A stretch of 64,000 bases of DNA from contig OX597818.1 of the NCBI GenBank assembly GCA_951406725.2, positions 142,414,001-142,478,000 on the forward strand. The letters are read 5' to 3'. Below the pieces are notes generated by a model that worked only from the letters and a program-made list of their open reading frames with translations, was not told where the DNA came from and ran no database searches. Positions 50,191-62,892 of the stretch are shown piece by piece; positions within the stretch are counted from its first letter, which is position 1; each line of letters starts with the position of its first letter. The stretch comes from Octopus vulgaris. Taxonomy: Eukaryota. The translations under genes and the position numbers were made by a program.

Positions 50191-50230
50191 TGTGCTGATG
50201 AGTTGAATCTCAAGGAAAGTTAACTATACG
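50191..50230 (+). ncRNA. Minimal type I hammerhead candidate
   Basis: TGTG-CTGATGA-GTTGA-atc-TCAAG-GAAA-GTTAAC-TA-TACG. Helix III is the palindrome AGTTAACT. Confidence 0.65.
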
Positions 50231-50670
50231 TTACTTAGCGGTTCGGCAAAAGAGACTGATAGAATAAGTACTGGGCTTACAAAAGAATAAGTCCCGGGAT
50301 CGATTTGCTCGACTAAAGGCGGTGCTCCAGCATGGCCGCAGTCAAATGACTGAAACAAGTAAAAGAATAAAAGAAAGAATATACATGTTTAAATTAAGCA
50401 TTACCACCTCTTTCTCCAACACACACACTATCCCACTTTTCTTCATACTAAATATTCTATTCTACTTGAGGCACAAGGCTCGAAATTTTGTGGGAGGAGG
50501 CCAGTCAATTAGATTGACCCAAGTACAAAAATTTATTGACCCCGAAAAGATGAAAGGCAAATTCGACCTCAGCGGAATTTGAACTCAGAACATAAAGACA
50601 GACGAAATGCCACTAAGCATTTTGCTAACATTTCTGTCAACCTTGTTCATACTAGATATTTTAAAATATA

Positions 50671-50922
50671 TTGGTTTGTCAGATAAATTCATTAATTTTT
50701 TTCTTTCTACTTAGCATTTCATCGTCTAAATATGTCTAAAAAAGGTAAAATTTATTTGTTTCAAAGACATCAAGTTACAAAAACCAATAAATAAAAACCT
50801 GTAAAACACTGCAATAAAAATATCTTATTTATGAATTCAGAAAACAGCAGAAAAAATTAAAATGAATGGAAAACAAAAATGAAAAGCTAAGAAAATACGA
50901 ACAAATTTATCTGACAACCGAA
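50671..50922. mobile_element. mariner-type MITE
   Basis: TA-TTGGTTTGTCAGATAAATT...AATTTATCTGACAACCGAA-TA. Confidence 0.7.
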
Positions 50923-52120
50923 TACGTCTGTTGTTTGACTTTCTAATACAAGTAACATTAGTGCAAAAGGTTAAAAGGTGCAATTAGATAAAATAATTTT
51001 ACAACATATAGTAGTGTTGTTTCAGAAAAGCTGAACTAGCTCCTCAATGCATGATCTACAAAAGTAAGGGTAGATGAGTGACTAATTAACTTTTAAATCA
51101 TAACTTGGTTTCTATGGAAACTTCATGACATTTCTTAAATTACTTAGTGTCATTGGTAACTATCTTTTTCGATTGAAATAAACATGGACAATTGTAGTTC
51201 TGTACTTTTAACAAAATATCACAATATCATTTAGGGGAAGTGGGGGGAAACAAGAGATTAATAGCTCAGTGAGGAAATATTTTCACTTAAACAAGGATGT
51301 TCTGTTGGAACAAACTATACTGCGGTTGATACCCTGAGAGAAACTCTCATATTGGCTTTTGGTGCAAAATGCACTCCTGTTTATATCACTAGCGTGGAGA
51401 TAAATCCTCATGATCTCCACCACTAAGAGCACCAGATCACATGATTTCAACCTTCCTTGGTCTTGACAATGGTGGACGCTTGACTGCTAGAGATAGCAGC
51501 AACTCATCTCCCCACCAGTGATATATTGAAAAAGTGCCAGAACTGGTATTGGTGTTGTAATTAGCCAGTGATTGTTTTAAAAAATTAACCAGTGAGCTTT
51601 TAAAAATATATGTATTTTTTTTTTTTAATAACTCATTGATGGAATATTTGAGTTGGATAACTGAAGGTTTTCTTTTCAAGACTTATGAAAACCTAGTTAG
51701 ATATCAGAGTCTAGGCAACACAAAACTTAAGTACTAGTGATATTATGATATAAGGAATTCATAACAAACTTTAGAGAAACTAACAAAAGAAAAAATACTC
51801 TATTTCAATTCCGTTTTGAGTTGCAACTCCTTTGTGGTAAGCTCCAAGAAATCTTAGATATTTTACGCCAATAACAGCAACTGCAATTACTAAGAACCAA
51901 TGAAGGTGCATCTACATAGTTATTTGACCTACTAAAAAAAGCCAAATTTCCCTAACAGTGTGGGACACTAGTACTCCAAAATGGTAGACAACTTTTGTTG
52001 GAGTGTTTAAGCAAATATTTTTTAACACAATCTCAGGTCAACCTTGTGAGTAAAAACTGATTTGGTTAGTCCACATTCCTGTGAGAATCATAGGGTTAGT
52101 TTCCCAGTTGCTCTGATGTG

Positions 52121-52176
<56 letters not shown>

Positions 52177-52180
<4 letters not shown>

Positions 52181-52450
52181 GAAATGAAGAAAATGCTGAC
52201 AAAATAATTTAAGTAATTTAAGTAATTTAATTAGGTGAAGTTCTTTTGACTATAGTTTCAAGGTAATTGCCTCTCGTCAACGCATGGTAAACACCGGTGT
52301 TTACCATGCGTTGACAGAGGCAATTACCTTGAAACTATAGTCAAAGAACTTCACCTAATTAAATTACTTAAATTCTAAATTATTTTGTCAGCATTTTCTT
52401 CATTTCCTTTTTTTATATATCACAACTCGTGTTCCACATCTCCTTTTTTA
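52177..52450. mobile_element. Loopless palindromic PLE-type insertion in (TA)n
   Basis: Arms 52177-52295 and 52296-52410 are centred on ACACCGGTGT, followed by a 40-bp tail. Confidence 0.7.
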
Positions 52451-52470
52451 AATATATATATATATATATA

Positions 52471-52842
52471 TATAAAATATTATTAGAGACAAAACCACTA
52501 TTTTGCAAAACAAACAAGGAAAGACTTAATCAATACATAAAATTTTAATAAATAGTCAAAAAAACCGCCACTACAATTGTTTCTTGTCTTGATCGACAAT
52601 CTTCAGGTGGACTTATTGGAAGTCCACCTGAAGATTGTCGATCAAGACAAGAAACAATTGTAGTGGCGGTTTTTTTGACTATTTATTAAAATTTTATGTA
52701 TTGATTAAGTCTTTCCTTGTTTGTTTTGCAAAATAGTGGTTTTGTCTCTAATAATATTTTATAATATTTTACTATAAAATTGGATTTAATCCTAAATCTG
52801 ATTTTTTTCCCTGTAAATTTGGATTTATTCCCTAATATTTAT

Positions 52843-52847
<5 letters not shown>
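52471..52847 (+). mobile_element. Palindromic PLE terminal-repeat insertion in (TA)n
   Basis: 144-bp inverted arms at 52471-52614 and 52620-52763 with no mismatch seen, loop ATTGG, and a tail to 52847. Same family as 7191-7553. Confidence 0.85.
52624..52666 (+). ncRNA. Minimal type I hammerhead ribozyme (mirror copy on the minus strand at 52568-52610)
   Basis: CCAC-CTGAAGA-TTGTC-gatcaa-GACAA-GAAA-CAATTG-TA-GTGG. All three helices pair, the cleavage site is GUA, and helix III is palindromic. Confidence 0.85.
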
Positions 52848-52897
<50 letters not shown>

Positions 52898-52898
<1 letters not shown>

Positions 52899-53075
52899 TC
52901 CCTGGACAGAACAACAATCCATTGCAGGATTACTAATTTTTACCAGCTGAGTGGTCTGGAGCAACATGAAATAAAGTGTTTTGTTCAAGAACACAACATG
53001 TTACCCAGTCCAGGGATCAAAACCACAATCTTACAATCATGGGTCCAACACCCTAACCACTAAGCCATGCACCTT
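52898..53075 (-). mobile_element. SINE family D
   Basis: Reverse complement of the 48157 copy. Confidence 0.75.
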
Positions 53076-53664
53076 CACTAATAAATTTAATAGACAGAAA
53101 TTGCATGAGAATCTACTAGAAGTATTGTTGATGTTCTCAGATGGTAGGCAAGTAATCTGTCAACCAGTTTAATACCACCAGCTAGGCATTGGATGACTTT
53201 AGCAGAGTCCAATCTGTTGCAAGCATGAAGGTCAGATTCTTCATGAGTTTGACTAGGTCAGTAAAGAAAAAAAAAATCAAATATTCAAGTTTAGAAGGAA
53301 AATGTAGCTATAAAGAATATCTATAATCTTCAACAGGGAGTGAATTAAAAAGGGAAGAGACAAATTTTTCATTGACTACACAAATATTCAGAACCAGAAA
53401 ATAAACCAACTTCCATAATGTAGAAATATAGGACACATTTCTCGAAATAGAAGATTTAAGTAAAGCAACTAATCCAGTCTATATTTGTTAGAATAAACAT
53501 TGGAAGCTTTTAAAAAAAGAATACGTTATGTTGAGCTCTATGCAAGACTTACACTCCAAAGTCTGTGACAGAACAGCATGGAGCTTGATGCAATAAACTA
53601 AACTAGCTCTCCCTCTAATCTGTAAAACTAAATTGGGAAAACCACAATGATTAGAAGGGTTCAG

Positions 53665-53668
<4 letters not shown>

Positions 53669-53716
<48 letters not shown>

Positions 53717-53765
53717 AACAGACAGAGACAGACAGACAGACAGACAGACATACAGACAGACAGAC

Positions 53766-53798
<33 letters not shown>

Positions 53799-53835
53799 GA
53801 CAGACAGATAGACAGACAGAGACAGAGACAGAGAC

Positions 53836-53878
<43 letters not shown>

Positions 53879-53975
53879 TAGACAGATAGACAGATAGACA
53901 GACAGACAGATAGACAGACAGACAGAGACAGAGGGAGACAGAGATAGACAGAGAGAGAGACAGACAGACAGACAT
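53669..53975. repeat. (GA)n/(AGAC)n/(AGAT)n compound microsatellite
   Basis: Direct reading. Confidence 0.95.
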
Positions 53976-55236
53976 AGCCTGCCAGGGCAAATAGAATTTA
54001 AATAAATATATTTTCATATTTGTGAAATGCTTCTGTTTGCTTGTCATCTGATGCCATTTGATATTTGGAAGACTTGAAAATTTGTGACAACAAATCCAGT
54101 TTTCTAAATCCATGGAATTGTGAAATAGCAAAACCAAAGTCACCAGGTTGTGACAACAAATCTTTAGGAGCGATGACGTTACTCAGTACCAATGAATTGA
54201 ATAGTTCAGTCCCTTAACAAACACAACTCTCCCAGTGAAACAACGAGTCTCTTCGCATAATTTCATGTATCAGAACACTCACAATTTAGTCAATGCGGAA
54301 ATGAGACAAGACATTTTTTCTCCTCCCTGTGAGAGTATCAGGTTAATGAAAGTGTTACTACTACTACTACTACTACTACCTGTTGCTGCTGCTGCTGCTG
54401 ATGATGATGATGGGAGTGAATATGATGGTGGCAACAGTGATGAGGAGGATGGTGGTGGTAGTGATGATGGTGACAGTGATAAGGAAGTAGTGGTGGTGAT
54501 GATATGATTGTGATGATGATGATGACAATGGCGACAGTAGTATTATGATGATGATGATGATAATGATTGTTGATTTCCCTTAGAGAAAAATCCCTAATAG
54601 TTAATCCAGGCTTATCAAATTCTGACGGGTGTGGCCATGTTGATAGACTGTTGCTGGGATTTTGTTATTGAAAAGGGGGCGGGCAAAGTAGCAGATGATA
54701 TTGTGGAATATTTGTTGTCATAGAGATGATGATGATGATGATGAAGATGGTGGCGGTAATGGCAGTGGAAATGAGAGAATTTGTGGAGATGGGGAAATAA
54801 ACCAGATGTTGATGGTACTAAAAAAAATGTTGATGTTAGCAATACTTTCTGATTGTATTCTTAAGAATGCTAGAAGTGATTGCAGTGATAACTTCAGGTT
54901 GAAATAGCTCTGGTGGTTTTGGTGATGAGGTTAAGAACTGTTTTTGGAGCCAAGCTATAAGAAGGAAATGAAAATTCAAAGGATTTCCGTTGGTACCTTT
55001 TATCGATGATTTGTTTCAGTCATTAGACTGCAGCCATATTGGGGCACTACTTTGAAAAACTTTTAGTCAACCTGAGAACTTAGTTTTTCTTTTAAAGCCA
55101 GGTACTTATTCTGTTGGTCTCTTTTGCTGAAGCGCTAAGTTACAGGGACGTAAACACACCAACATCAATTGTCAAGCAGTGACTGGGGAACAAACAAAGA
55201 CACACATGCACAGAGTGTGTGTATATATATATATAC

Positions 55237-55403
55237 AGGTGGCATGTAAAAAGCACCCACTACACTCACGGAGTGGTTGGCGTTAGGAAGGGCATCCAGC
55301 CGTAGAAACACTGCCAGATCTGACTGGGCCTGACGAAGCCTTCCAGCTTCACAGACCCCAGTTGAACCGTCCAACCCATGCTAGCATGGAAAGCGGACGC
55401 TAA

Positions 55404-55435
<32 letters not shown>
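55237..55435 (+). mobile_element. SINE family C nested in the microsatellite of a minus-strand family-A SINE (about 55010-55590)
   Basis: Almost identical to 31581-31772. Confidence 0.88.
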
Positions 55436-55824
55436 ATATTTGATAGGCTTCTTTCAGTTTTATCTACCAAATCCACACACAAGGCTTTGGTTCGCCTGAA
55501 GCAATAATAGAAGACATTTGCTCAAGATGCCATGCAGTGGGATTGAACTCCTGAACCTGAGCAAGCTTCTTATCACACAGTCTCGCCTGTGCCTATTGAG
55601 AGCATTGTTTATGGTAATGTTTGCAGAGATGATAATTTTAAATACAGCAGCAAAAGTAGAGGAGAGAAAGACAGAAATGATCTGATGGTGATTTTGCAGC
55701 TAATTTTCATCGATTCAGTGGTTGTGTAGAGATCCCCTTTATTGCTTTAAGAGAGTTTTATGTGGTTACGTTAGGACAAGATCAAGTATTAATGCAGAAA
55801 TGGGGTTTTTTTTTATATATCATA

Positions 55825-56238
55825 GGCGCAGGAGTGGCTGTGTGGTAAGTAGCTTGTTTACCAGCCACATGGTTCCGGGTTCAGTCCCACTGCGTGGCAC
55901 CTTGGGCAAGTGTCTTCTACTATAGCCTCGGGCCGACCAAAGCCTTGTGAGTGGATTTGGTAGACGGAAACTGAAAGAAGCCCGTCGTATATATGTATAT
56001 ATATATATGCGTGTCTGTGTTTGTGTGTCTCTGTTTGTCCCCCTAGCATTGCTTGACAACTGATGCTAGTGTGTTTATGTCCCCGTTACTTAGTGGTTCG
56101 GCAAAAGAGACCGATAGAATAAGTACTGGGCTTACAAAAGAATAAGTCCCGGGGTCGATTTGCTCGATTAAAGGCGGTGCTCCAGCATGGCCGCAGTCAA
56201 ATGACTGAAACAAGTAAAAGAATAAAAGAATAAAAGAA
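55825..56238 (+). mobile_element. SINE family A, full length, apparently young
   Basis: GGCGCAGGAGTGGCTGTGTGG...GGTTCAGTCCC...(AAAAGAAT)n tail. Confidence 0.92.
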
Positions 56239-56699
56239 TCTCATCTCAGGTAATTAATGAGAGATCAAAAGCTCCTCCGTGTTTGGTGCTAACAATTATA
56301 GTTAGGTAAGGTTAGCAGATGGTTAGCACTAGTAGAATGTAAGGAGGGAAAGAAGGCAAATTAAATGATAAATGCTTTGCAGATGGAAAGTTATAATAAT
56401 TACAGCTGTTGTTTAAGTGTGTGTGTGTGGGGGGGGGGTAAATGAGTGCGTATGTGGATATGCAAGAAACTCAGTTTGGTTAAAATCTTGAAAAGTTTGT
56501 TTCAAAATCATGAGATTCTGGGCTCAATTCTACTGCATGTTTTATCATAGCTTTGGGCCACACTAAGCCTTGTGAGAGAAATTTTGGTAGACAGACAATA
56601 TTTGGAAACTTATCAGATGGGCTGTACCTGAGATTTAAAAAGGGCCAGCTAAAGGAGTGGCATTAACAAGCTATAAATAGAGCTTACAAAGTACTTCAT

Positions 56700-56990
56700 A
56701 AATAACCTGCACCAGCACAACAGCTCACTTTATTATTATCACTTTGAATACAGCATTTTCAAAGCACATTTGGAAACAGAGAGATAAAAAGGAAAGACTG
56801 CTATTATTCCATAGGCAATGTTGGATAAGACATTTAAGGATGGATCAAAATCATGTTGCTTCTACTTCATATAGAAACATCATATTATCTGCTCAATCTA
56901 AAAAATTAAGGAAAGAAAACAAAAACAAAGCTAATTTACCACTCAATAGATGCCAAAACACTTCAAAGAGAGAAGATTTCCCTACCTGAT
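56700..56990 (+). mobile_element. Decayed Neptune-type GIY-YIG C-terminal fragment
   Basis: NTAFSKHIWKQRDK, GSKSCCF and RCQNTSK parallel the STGQSKYIWEFKDK, NKKCLLC and SCLHKSK segments of 30817-31212. Confidence 0.55.
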
Positions 56991-58454
56991 GAAATTTGCT
57001 TATTCTACACATCTTCAAAAGTGCAAACCTAATGGATAATTTGTTGACAGAGGAAATAACATCAAACATCACCATTTGTAGCTTAGAACTTCTTCAAGTA
57101 AAATGTGAATGTTCACATAGTTTTGCACCCACCCACCCCACACACACACATGCAAAGACTTACAATCTCCATCAGCCGGATTCACTCGCAACACACCGGG
57201 CAACCTGATGATACAGTAGAACACGCCTGTCCAAGGAACACTCTAGTGGGAATGAATGAATTCAGTTGAGGGGTGAACATCTTAACCATACAGTAACCAT
57301 ATATATAAATATATATATATATGAGCAAAACGCCCCCCACCCCGTCCAATGGATGGTGCTGAGTTGTCAAACATTTAAACCAAATTTTCTCAAAACAACT
57401 TGTCCAACCTTCCCATAGGCCCCCCCCTTTGAGAAACACTGATTTAACCTAATATTTGAGACACCAGCAAAAGAAGAAATAAAGATAGACTTTTTTTCAA
57501 TTCCAAGAAAAACGATTTTACAAATGCATGTTCCCACGGCTTTATCAATCACATTCTCACCTGGAATCAATTTTTGTAATTTTTTCAAGACTTATACATG
57601 CCTTGATACCATCAGTATCTACATATAAAATTTGAGCTCAATTGGATGGAGGATGCCTGAGATCCTAGAAGACACACAGACAGACAGACAGACAGAACGG
57701 ATTTTATATAATAGATATGTTATACACATACAGAGAGAGTGGCAGGCAGGCAGGCAGACAGAATAGACAGACGGACAGACAGACAGATAGATAGGTAAAC
57801 ATATATAAACATAGAAAAGAGAGACAGACAGACACATGGAGACAGATAGACACACAGATAGAAAGAGAACATGAAAGATTTTCTTTCTTTTCTGCAAAAG
57901 CATGAAGGTTAAGCTATTTAGAAGGATAGATATATGAGACGTAGTAATTTTTGAGACATTCTCAAGGGTACTAGAGTACCCTCAGGGAACTGAGAATAAC
58001 ATATGAAGATTAAGCTAGTAAGTAGGAATAGTACATTCAAGAACTAAGTGTTTTACAGTATTGTATTTAATTTTGTCCCCCTTCTGTTCCATATTGAAAT
58101 CCCTCCAGGATTGATAAATTTAGAAGTTGTAATATTGGAAGATTGATTCAAACCAACTGTATATAGAACACCGGCACCACCAATACTAGCACCAACACTT
58201 AGCTTTTATCTATTTAAGAGATTGGTATAATACACAAATACACATATCAGATGTAGTAATATAATATAAACAGACACACATAAATTCATACGGAAATGCA
58301 GAGTAACACCCAAAAATAAGAACCCAGATCATGACCACCAGCCCTTCTTTTGCGTATACAGCTATTCCATGAATGTTGAATAAAAGAACCTTGTGGTTCA
58401 AGTATTAAAATTTGAGGAACTCCTTAGTTTTATTTTTTATTTATTTATTTTTTT

Positions 58455-58842
58455 TCATATTTTCAGTCATTTGACAGTGGCCATGCTGGGATACCCCCTT
58501 GAAGGGTTTTAGTTAAACAAATCTACACTGGGATTTTTTTTTAAAAGCCTAATACTTATTCTATTAATCATTTTACTGAACTGCTAGGTTACGGGGATGT
58601 AAACACACCAACATTGGTTGTCAAACAGTGGGGAGGAGGACAGATGCAGACGCACATGTGCACATGGGCACACACACACTACAAGCTTCTTTCAGTTTTC
58701 ATCTACCAAATCTACTCACAAGACTTTGGTCAGCCTGGTGCTATAGTAGAAGACACTTGCCCAAAGTATCATGCAGTGGGACTGAACCTGAAACCATATG
58801 ACTGAGAAGCAAGCTTTTTACCACACAGCCATACCTGCACCT
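58455..58842 (-). mobile_element. SINE family A, diverged
   Basis: Family-A motifs in order. Confidence 0.8.
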
Positions 58843-59190
58843 ATATGAGGAACTCCTTGGTTCTAGAATTTTATACAAAAGATTTGAAATAATACACACA
58901 TTACACACACACACACACACACACACACATGCATGCATACAGTATATGTACATATATCCACACATTTCTATTTCTGTATGGAGTAATCTGCAATATAAAA
59001 GATATTGCAAACTGAACAATGGCCAATTCACTTTTGCTATTGGTCTCTACGTTCAACAAGACCACCAGCTTCATTAAATTCTGATAAAGAAAAATCTAAT
59101 ATTGCATCTGAATCTTAATCTCTTTGACTTTACAACACACAGGAGATCAAGCAAAAAAATTACCAGAGCACTTCCTATGGAAAGTCGCAC

Positions 59191-59247
<57 letters not shown>

Positions 59248-59932
59248 TGCTAACTTTCTCTTATTAATCATATACACAGAGGACTTATGTAATAACACAA
59301 TAACTTAGGCAATATATAGCCATACAAAAATATAGAAGCCACTATGTATCAGATTGACCTGTTAGAAACAGCAGCCAAATTTCCCTTAGATCGCATCATA
59401 TAATCTTACACAAAGACAGAATGCACTAGATTATATAAATCCTGTGTATGCTAAACTGTCTGGTTGTTTATAGCCAGAATGTCTTTGATAGGTCTACTTA
59501 ATCTCCTAGAAATAGCAGCCAAATCTCCTTTAGATTGCAATCCTAGCATCAAGGGCAGAATGCACTAGATAATGTAGTCCTACATATGCTAAAGTGTCTG
59601 AGTGTTCAAAGCTGGAATGTCAAATAATAATTTGATTGAACTACATTGACCAAAGATTAAATAAGTTCTAAACATTCTTCTGTGTTCACTGTCATTCAAT
59701 ATCTAGTTTGACATGTCAAGCAAACACCTGTGTATAGCCTCTTTTCATACCACAGACAGATTACATCACAACTGTAACAGTTCTTGACAACAGCAGGTGT
59801 GCAGGCCTTGTGACGTTGTTAACACTGCAACATTTGGTTGTTTCCGATGAATTTTACTACCAATTGACCAAATCATCATCATCAGCATTTAATATCCATT
59901 TTCCAAATTGGCATGACTTGGACGGTTTGACA

Positions 59933-61245
59933 GGAGCAGGTCAGCTGGAGAGAAGGCCAGCTGGAGAGCAGGCTAACTGGAGTGCAGGTCAGCTGGAGAG
60001 AAGGCCAGCTGGAGAGCAGGCCAGCCGGAGAGAGGGCCAGCCAGAGAGAGGGCCAGCTGAAGCTGGAGAGCAGGCCAAATGGAGAGCAGGCTAACGGGAG
60101 AGACGGCCAGCTGGAGAGCAAGCCAAATCGAGAGCAGGCCAGCTGGAGAGCAAGCCAGATAGAGAGCAAGCCAAATGGAGAGCAGGCCAAATGGGGAGCC
60201 AGCCAAATGGAGAGCAGGCCAGCTGGAGAGCAAGCCAGCTAGAGAGCAAGCTAGCTGGAGAGCAGTGCAACTGGAGAGCAAGCCAGCTGGAGAGAAGGCC
60301 ATCTGTAGAGAAGGCCAGCTTGGAGACCAGACTAACTGGAGAGCAAGCCAAATGGAGAGCAGGCCAACGGGAGAGCAGCCCAGCTAGTGAACAAGCCAAA
60401 GGGAGAGCAGACCAGCTGTAGAGCAAGCGAATGGAGAGCAAGCGAATGGAGAGCAAGCGAATGGAGAGCAACCCAAATGGAGAGCAGGCCAGCTGGAGAG
60501 CAGGCCAAATGGAGAGCAGGCCGAATGGAGAGTAGACCAACGGGAGAGCAGTCCAGCTGGTGAATAAGCCAAATGGAGAGCAGAGCAGCTGGAGAGCAAG
60601 CGAAATTGCGAGCAGGCCAAAATGAGACAGGCCAACTGGAGAGCAGGTCAGCTGGTGATCAAGCGAAATGGAGAGCAAGCCAAATGGAGAGCAGGCCAAG
60701 TGGTGAGCAGGCCAACTGGAGAGCAGACCAGCTGGAGAGCAAGCCAAATGGAGAGTAAGCCAGCTGGAGAGCATGCCAGTTCGAGAGCAGGTCAGTTGGA
60801 GAGCAGGCCAGTTGGAGAGCAGGCCAACTGGAGAGCATGCCAGTTGGAGAGCAGGCCAACTGGCGAACAGGCTAGTTAGAGAGCAGGCCAACTGGAGAGC
60901 AGGCCAGTTGGAGAGCAGTCCAGTTGGAGAGCAGGCCAGCTGGAGAGCAGGCCAGCTGGAGAGCAGGCCAGTTGGAGAGCAGGACCAACTGGAGAGCAAG
61001 CCAGCTTGAGACCAGGCCTGCTGGAGATCAGGCCAACTGGAGAGCGAGAGCAGGCCAACTGGAGAGCAGGCCAACTGGAGAGCAGGCCAGCTGGAGAGCA
61101 GGTCAGCTGGAGAGCAGGCCAACTGGAGAGCAGACCAACTGGAGAGCAGACCAACAGGAGAGCAAGCCAGCTGGAGAGCAGGCCAGCTGGAGAGCAGGCC
61201 AGCTGGAGAGCAGGCCAGCTGGAGAGCAGGCCAGCTGGAGAGCAG
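59933..61245. repeat. 16-bp minisatellite (CTGGAGAGCAGGCCAG, about 80 units) inside a family-C SINE
   Basis: The SINE-C tail lies on the left (59872-59932) and the SINE-C body resumes on the right (CTGGATGCCCTTCCTAATGCCAACCAC). Confidence 0.92.
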
Positions 61246-62892
61246 TCGAGGCATCCAGGCTCTAATTGTAAGGGCATCCAGTATGGCTGGATGCCCTTCC
61301 TAATGCCAACCACTTTACAGAGTGTATTAGGTGCCTTCTACATGGCACTGGTATGAGTGATTTCTATGTGGTACCAACACGGGTGCTTTTAATGTGATAC
61401 ATTTATGGGTACTTTTTGCATGGCACCAGCAATGATTGCAAATTGAAGTTACAGTTATATTACAGTTTGTGTGTTTAGACTCACTTTGCTCATATTTTGC
61501 GATAATACTCATTTCATTCCCCATCCCTTCCATTATTTTCTTGCCCCAGTAATGCCTTCTCAGTTACTCTTTCCACCTCACTCTCCCACAATAATAATCC
61601 TGTTCTTCTAATCTTACTTTAACTTTACTTGGCACCTAGCTTTAAGTCACCACTCTCTCAGCTTTTCTCATTTTCATATGTAGGGAATTTTTAGTCTTTA
61701 GACTTTTAGCATTCAGATAATTCAAATGTAATACTTATTTAATCACATTGCTTTTAATTAATTAATCATTTCCTCATAGCTTCAAGATTTTGACAATGTG
61801 ATTGTTTACTTTTAGGGCAGGTGTGAGAGGCCAGATATGGTTAGTTTGTAAAACAGGTAGAATATTTGGGTCAGATATATCTGGTTTAAATGCTAAAAGG
61901 TTGTTACAGAGCAACCGCACTTTTGCTGGGACCACAAAAAACTAAGCACTCACTGTACATGTAAAGTGGTTGGCAAATCAAGTAGAGACAGCACAGGGTT
62001 GAGTGGATTCTGTAGTTATGCAAAGGGCTGAGGCATTCTTTTGGAGTTAGTGTCCTAAAAAATGTACCTAAGGCTCTCTGTAAAGTGGTTGGTGTTGGAG
62101 AGGGTATCGATCCTTAAAACACAAACCAAACCAAACCAGATGTTTGAACAAAATGTGATTCTCTAACATTTCAGATTGTGTCCAACCATCCAACCCATGC
62201 AAGCATGGTAAGCAGATGTAAAATTATGTCAATGATGATTTATTTATTTATTTATTTCATTGTCTTTTATTTGTTTCAGTTACTGGACTGTGGCCATGTT
62301 GGAGCACCACCTCAAATGCTTTAGTCCAACAGATCAACTTCAGCACTTATTTTTTAAGTCTAGCTCTTAGTTTGTTGGTCTCTTTTGCCAAATTGCTGAG
62401 TTATAGGGACATAAACAAAGCAACAGCAGTTGTCAAGTGGTGGTAAGGACAAACATAATACAAACTCACACACAATGGGCTTCCTCATAGTTTCTGCCTA
62501 CCAAATTCACTAACAAGACATTAGTCAGTCATGGGCTTATAGTAGAAGACACTTGCCTAAAGTGCAACAAAGCAGTGGTTTTCAGTCTCTTTGAGTTTTT
62601 GGTGCGCTGGAGATCAAATATAAGAAAAATAAGAACAAAATTTTCTTGTATTTGAAGACCAAGCAAAAATATTACTTGTGCACTTGAAATGGAAAGTTAA
62701 AAAAACACAGTTCTGAAGTTAGAAATTTAGAAAAATAACACAGAAAATTGTTTGTGTTATTAATCATACTTTCTATATGAAAATTATGATTAACACATTT
62801 TTCAAAATGTTCAGCAATTAATATGGATTTTCTAAAAACAATTTCTTTTAAAAGACCCACAGCATCCCCAGATATCTTTGTAGTATGTCAGT

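Noticed and set aside
54340-54570. Acidic Asp/Gly-rich ORF
   Set aside because: Degenerate (GAT)n/(CTA)n trinucleotide repeats.
55825-55895. tRNA gene
   Set aside because: A and B boxes are present but there is no cloverleaf; it continues into the SINE body.
57200-57250. CTGATGA-TACAG..CTGT hammerhead-like motif downstream of a PLE remnant
   Set aside because: GAAA and helix III cannot be assigned.
59810-61356. Many overlapping ORFs, including one of 387 aa
   Set aside because: Translations of the 16-bp minisatellite.
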